From Phaeosaccion multiseriatum (taxonomy: Eukaryota; Protista; Ochrophyta, other classes), in NCBI GenBank assembly GCA_965112735.1, contig OZ218956.1, forward strand, positions 1,116,001-1,180,000: DNA of 64,000 nt. Direction: 5' to 3'. The notes under the pieces are model-generated. The model saw only the letters and a program-made list of their open reading frames with translations, was not told the origin of the DNA and did not search any database. Position 1 is the first letter of the stretch. Each line of letters begins with the position of its first letter. The position numbers and the translations under genes are program-made. Of the stretch, positions 59,513 through 64,000 are shown piece by piece.

Positions 59513-61080
59513 CCATTGCCTACAGGTGCTGGAGGAGCTCAAGAAGTCCACCCTCCCTCTTGATTCTCAACCTCGGGAAGCTTGTGCACGCCTACACTGT
59601 CCTTGCCGAGAGGAGCGTGAAGGATCTTGTGGAGAAAAAGAGGGTCAAGAATGTCGGCTTTGGAGAGAGGGTCTAGGTGCGTTACGTTACATTAGTAAGT
59701 TTAGTGGTCACTTTGGCTTCCCCCATTGACTTACTGCACACCTCCCCTCTCAGCTCTGTCGACCTCCTGCACATCTGATGTCCTCCCTTCTCCCTCTCCC
59801 TCCTCTTAAGATCGACTGGAGGCCAGAGCGGCACCTCCTCCTCCTCCAATCTCGAGCACGATACCGATCCCTCCCACGCGCCGTGTGTCGTGGAGGTCTG
59901 GTGAAGGTCATCTCACACTCTACTCGGCTCCGAAGCTCGGCACCAGTACTGCGGCAGCAGCGTCAACCCGGGCCGGCCCCCCGGACTTCAAAGATAATCT
60001 TTCAATAGATACGTATCTTGTTGCCCTTCTTAGCTAAGGCTTGCCCCCCTGGCCTTGTCCTCTTGCCCCTCATCGACCAGGGCTATGACTCGATTGGACG
60101 TCCGTTACCTCGCCCCCCCCCCGGAGCATGGCTATGGGTGGCCTTCGCTTTTTCCATGTACGCTCCAAACGCCTACGCCACATCTTTCCACCACCATGCT
60201 ATTGGACAGCCGTGGAGCTTGCTCATCTTCTGAGCCTGCAATACGTCTGCTGCATTGTGCTTACGCTTTCTGCACTGGTCGCCTCTTGTGTGCCGCCAGA
60301 GGGCAGAATTGGTGCGGGGGCCACTGCATGCTCGACACGCCCTTCGCCAGCACGCTACCGCGTGGGAAAGACATCGCCGTCACATTCCCCTTTGTCTTTC
60401 GACAATGCCTTCCTTCTCCCCTCAAGAGTTTCTTCTTGGTCATTCTGTGTTCCGTGTTGTGCAATCCCAGAGCGAGGACCTATTGGCGGCATTTGAAGAA
60501 CAATCTGGCGTTGTTAGTGAAGTGGAGGATGACATGGAGGGGAATTAGATCGAAAGTCGGTCGATTTAGAGCCAACGGGAGCGCGGGGGTATTATATTTG
60601 ATACGTGCCTGCTTTTGGATGACGTTGACGAGGACCCAGTTGCTGCTGCGGGGGCGAGAAGGGCGGAAGTGGTAGCAACGATCGATATGCTTTGCTTTGC
60701 TTTCCCCACTGCATTCCCTCCAGGATCTCCAGCGACTGTTTGACTTGTAAAGACGGCCCTGGCTGCTGGGATGAGCGAGTCATAGACTAGAGGCATCCTT
60801 CTCTGCTGTTGCTTGCCTGCTCCTCAGCAGGCTTCCTTTACAGCAAGTCGTCTCATCTTTTTTCCTTCCGGGTCGGTTGCAGAAAAAGCAGAAAATTTCC
60901 AATTTGAGATTTTCACCCCTCTGCCCCCTTTCCCCCCTTTTGGTCACTTTCAAACCTCCCTTTCCAACTTACCGCACCGCGTCAAAGCATACCCAGGTCA
61001 GTCCGCGATTGCAAGCAGGGTTCCACTTGGCTTGGCACTTGCTTGTGTCGACCCGCCCCCTCCTCACGCGCTATGCATTC

Positions 61081-61215
61081 TCGGCCGATAGCGGCCGCGC
61101 TATCGGCCGGGTCGCTTCACGCGGGGGGGCCCGATAGCGCGCTATCAGCCGCCGGCCCATAGCGGATAGCGCGCCGGCTGCACCGGCGATAGCGGATAGC
61201 GGATGATAGCGCGGC
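61081..61215. repeat. Palindromic GATAGC/GCTATC repeat cluster; possible transposon terminus or regulatory element
   Basis: CGGCCGATAGC-GGCCGC-GCTATCGGCCG hairpin, GATAGCGCGCTATC palindrome and further GATAGCG copies. It begins TCGGCC, like the other termini in the window. Confidence 0.55.
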
Positions 61216-61345
61216 AGGCAATTGCTTGCTTGCTTGTTCTTCCCGCCCTTTCCCGGGTCCCCCGCCATGGTGTCCTAACGCCCCCCTCCCCTCCTTCCTG
61301 ATCGCTCTACTGTCAGGAAAGAGCGATTGACTTCCACGAGCGAGC

Positions 61346-63971
61346 ATGCTGCACCCCAAAATCACGGACTTCTTCAGGCCCGCCGCCAAGAAGCCTGCTG
61401 CTGCTCTCAGCGGAGCACCCAAGCCCCCCGCCAAGCCGTTGGTGCTCAGCGGAGCACCCAAGCCCACCAAAGACCAACCCACGCGGGAGAAAGCTCTCCT
61501 CTTCACCACGAGCACGCACCACTCCCCAAGGACAAGCGAGTCCAAGCCCGCTGTCGCCACCATCATGGACGGGCACAAGGTAAGCAGCGTTGCGTCGAGA
61601 GGTGTGGGTGTGTGGTGTGTGAGGTGTGGGATGATGGCGGGATAGGCAGTGAGTAGCTAGGCAGTGAGCGACGTCAAGAATCAACGGAAAGATTTTTGAA
61701 CTGAGTCAACTTTGTGTCCGGATGCACTCCTTCTTGTTTGTTTGTCCCCCAGAAACGTTCGTGCGACAGGACGCCGTGTGGATGCGCCTGTCACGAAGTC
61801 GCTCACGCAGCTGGCTTCACGTGCCAAGAGTGTCCGTGTGGTGACGCGGGGCCCGTCGTCATCGACATCAGTGGAGACGCTGGGTCGGGCTCATCGGCAG
61901 CAGCACCAGAGCTTGTCGTGCCGCCGTACTTCTTCACGCCAGGAGGAGAGCACCAGAGCATCTTCGACAGCGTGTTGAGGAACAAGAACAAGAGTCGCGG
62001 GACGCAGGACGCCTTTGGCAAGATCGGACGTGGTCTGGCCGAGTACGTCTGGGGGGAGGACACGACGAGGACGGCAGAAGATGCCATGGCCCTGGCTCTT
62101 TCGCAATGGTCAGAGGACCTCGTCAGCGTCCTACGCAAGCTTGCGGAGGGCCAACAGCCGACCGACGAGGAGCTCCGACTGGCCAACGTGGGCAAGTACG
62201 ACTACAAGGCGCGCTCGTTCCCCAACGCCACCCCCAAGGACGAGAAAATGAACTACATCGTCCACCACTTCCTGCCTCTGCATTGTGCGGACGCCGTCGC
62301 CTCCGAACTTGAACGTGTCGGCGAGTTCCAGGTGGCCGGCAAGGTCAAAGCCCGCGCTGCACAGGCTACTGGAGATGTATTCTGCGTGGGAGTCACTTCG
62401 GGCGAGGGCAGAGACGATTGCCCGCTCAGGTATGACGGTATGACACTTTGCTTTTTACCATTGACTTATTTACAACACCTGTGGCTGTGGGCCGCTTTTC
62501 TCTTATTTTGGATTTGACCAACGCCCGCCCGGTGCACCCTCTCCCCAGGTATCATCCGGAGACCTACAACGACGACCAGTACAAGAAACGCCGCCCCTCG
62601 GGTTCGAAGCCAACGACCTGCTCGTTTTGGGTTCTCCTCTGTGCATGCTTTCACACGGGCTGCCTTGACGAGTACGGCGACCTTCTCCGGGTCTACAAAT
62701 GGAGGTCGGGGGGACCAAAGGAAGAGTCCATCGCCCACGAGACCCTCATGATCTTGGGGCCCTTGGGCGGCATCCTAAACCATAATTGCTTGAACAAGCA
62801 AATTGGGCGTGGATTTACGCACGACCAGTGCTCACGTGGAGGTGAGTTGATGATCGGCGGTGGCAAGCAAGGGAAGCGGGACGTCCTCGGCGTGGGTTGG
62901 TGAGACTCAAACGCAAATGACTCAAGTTTTCTCCCTTTCCTTCCTTCCTTGTTCAGGTGCCAGCGATGCCCATGAAGAGTACAAGAGGGAGCATCAGTGG
63001 CCCGACGGACAGACCAAGTGGATCCTGGGCGGTAAGGTTACAGGGCGTGTGTGAGGGTGTATTTTCTTCCCTTCGTGTGTGGGGTCGAGTCATGACTGTT
63101 ACCCCTCATTCCTCTACAATTCTCTCTTCTCTTTGCTTCTCTTTCCTCCTTCCTTCCTTCCTTGTTCAGGTATCACCGACGCAAAGCCTGCTACCAAACA
63201 GGCAAACGGCTACGGCGAGCAGGACACCAAGTGGAACGTGGCCGGTGAGGATACAAGAGTGGTGTGACGTTTGCGTTTCCTTCGTAGCTAGGGGGGTTTG
63301 AGTCCGTGGAAATCCTTGCCATGTGATGTGACTAACGAATGCACCTTTCCCTTGCCTTCTTGCTTATGCAGGTAGGATAGGAGGTAAGTCAACAACAGTG
63401 GCAGCTATATGACGGTCGATTTCCTTCGTAGGGGGGCGAGGGTGAGGGGTCATTACGTCCACACGTGGCTGTGTGTCCAGTCGTATGCCACCGCCACGTC
63501 CTGCCTTTGAAAACCACGAACCCTTGTGTCTCTTGTGCGTGAAGGTCGCAAGTGCCTGCTTGGCCGCTCCACCAACGAAGCCAACGCCGCGGCCACGGCA
63601 GATCGGGCGGAAGCGGACGAGGAGCTGCGCCAGCTTGGAGACACGGACGATGAGGAGGACGAGGACCACAGACGGAGGCGCTTGGCAGCGAAAGAGAAGA
63701 AGCGGGAGGCAGTGAAGGTCATGGATGACCATGCCCGTGCTGCACCGATCCGGAAGAGAGCAGGTACGTTTTGTGCTTTAGCTAGCTCGATGGATCGCCA
63801 CAGTGCGAAAGGAGGTATGGTTTCCTGATGGTGCATTTCCTTCGCTTTGTATGTCCCACATTTTGCCAGGCAGACTTGCGCCGCATTCCATTCCATTCGA
63901 GTGGAGAAGCATCATGTGACTAACGAATGCATACTTCTCTTGCCTTCTTGCTTGTTCAGGCACGAACGGAG
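61346..63971 (+). CDS. Uncharacterised multi-exon protein: PIP-box-like N-terminus, Cys-rich motif, putative divergent GIY-YIG nuclease domain; continues beyond the window
   Basis: Exons 61346-61579, 61753-62429, 62550-62841, 62957-63031, 63170-63244, 63372-63383, 63545-63763 and 63960-63971 splice in frame. Motifs are PKITDFF, CDRTPCGCACH..C..C.C, VFCVGVT..R.H, HETLMI and CLNKQIGRG. Confidence 0.6.
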
Positions 63972-64000
63972 GTAAGCCAAGTACAGTTCCTTGCTTCGCA

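Larger units (their letters stand above)
48620..59676 (+). pseudogene. ATM: Internal fragment of ATM kinase (pincer/FAT region), intron-containing, with no kinase/FATC domain and with stops/frameshifts
   Basis: Colinear ATM-like motifs: RLWSPLGKSFSIWV, AEFAACLFPAIVYTIL, LHLRLSFLDV, HEADWQQALPSYD, GVASSLRRLGMLHVLDCYLKG, LEPVLAIREALL, SLWFNN, VPSWKFIPLTNQVTSRL and EHPHHALLK|LMALANG. Stops occur near 54706, 55133 and 56790, and a frameshift near 58615. The 5' limit is approximate. Confidence 0.85.

Noticed and set aside
48620-59676. Functional ATM gene
   Set aside because: There is no start, kinase or FATC domain in the window, and there are multiple stops and frameshifts.

Overview
Compact, GC-rich, intron- and microsatellite-rich eukaryotic DNA. 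The gene content suggests a stramenopile/ochrophyte microalga, but that is inference. 1-44.7 kb is a gene-dense host region. It holds an SVOP-like MFS transporter and a bacterial-type fetA-fetB (ybbL-ybbM) ABC pair in operon order 115 bp apart. A ~23 kb run follows, of mostly signal-peptide-bearing glycan enzymes: a GT-like protein, two O-methyltransferases, two GT25-sulfotransferase paralogues that appear to have lost complementary active sites, and a GT4-like protein. A TTLL12-SET-like/NPPY-methyltransferase fusion sits inside that run. Then come HIBCH, a 2OG-Fe(II) oxygenase and an Sfi1-like centrin-binding protein with a recently triplicated E/R-rich spacer. An intron-containing tRNA-Val(AAC) marks the boundary to a mobile/pseudogenic region. 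That region contains a decayed DDE-type transposase with an NHL beta-propeller (Dada/P-like by motif recall), an ~11 kb kinase-less ATM pseudogene fragment, and a palindromic repeat cluster followed by a PIP-box/Cys-rich/GIY-YIG-like gene ending in symmetric phase-1 exons and micro-exons. Two copies of a nested, TIR-bounded, (GGGA)n-cored non-autonomous element (one complete, with a 6-bp TSD) share terminus and subterminal motifs with the transposase element. This is the best candidate for an undescribed system. Exon boundaries were read by eye, so gene spans are approximate.
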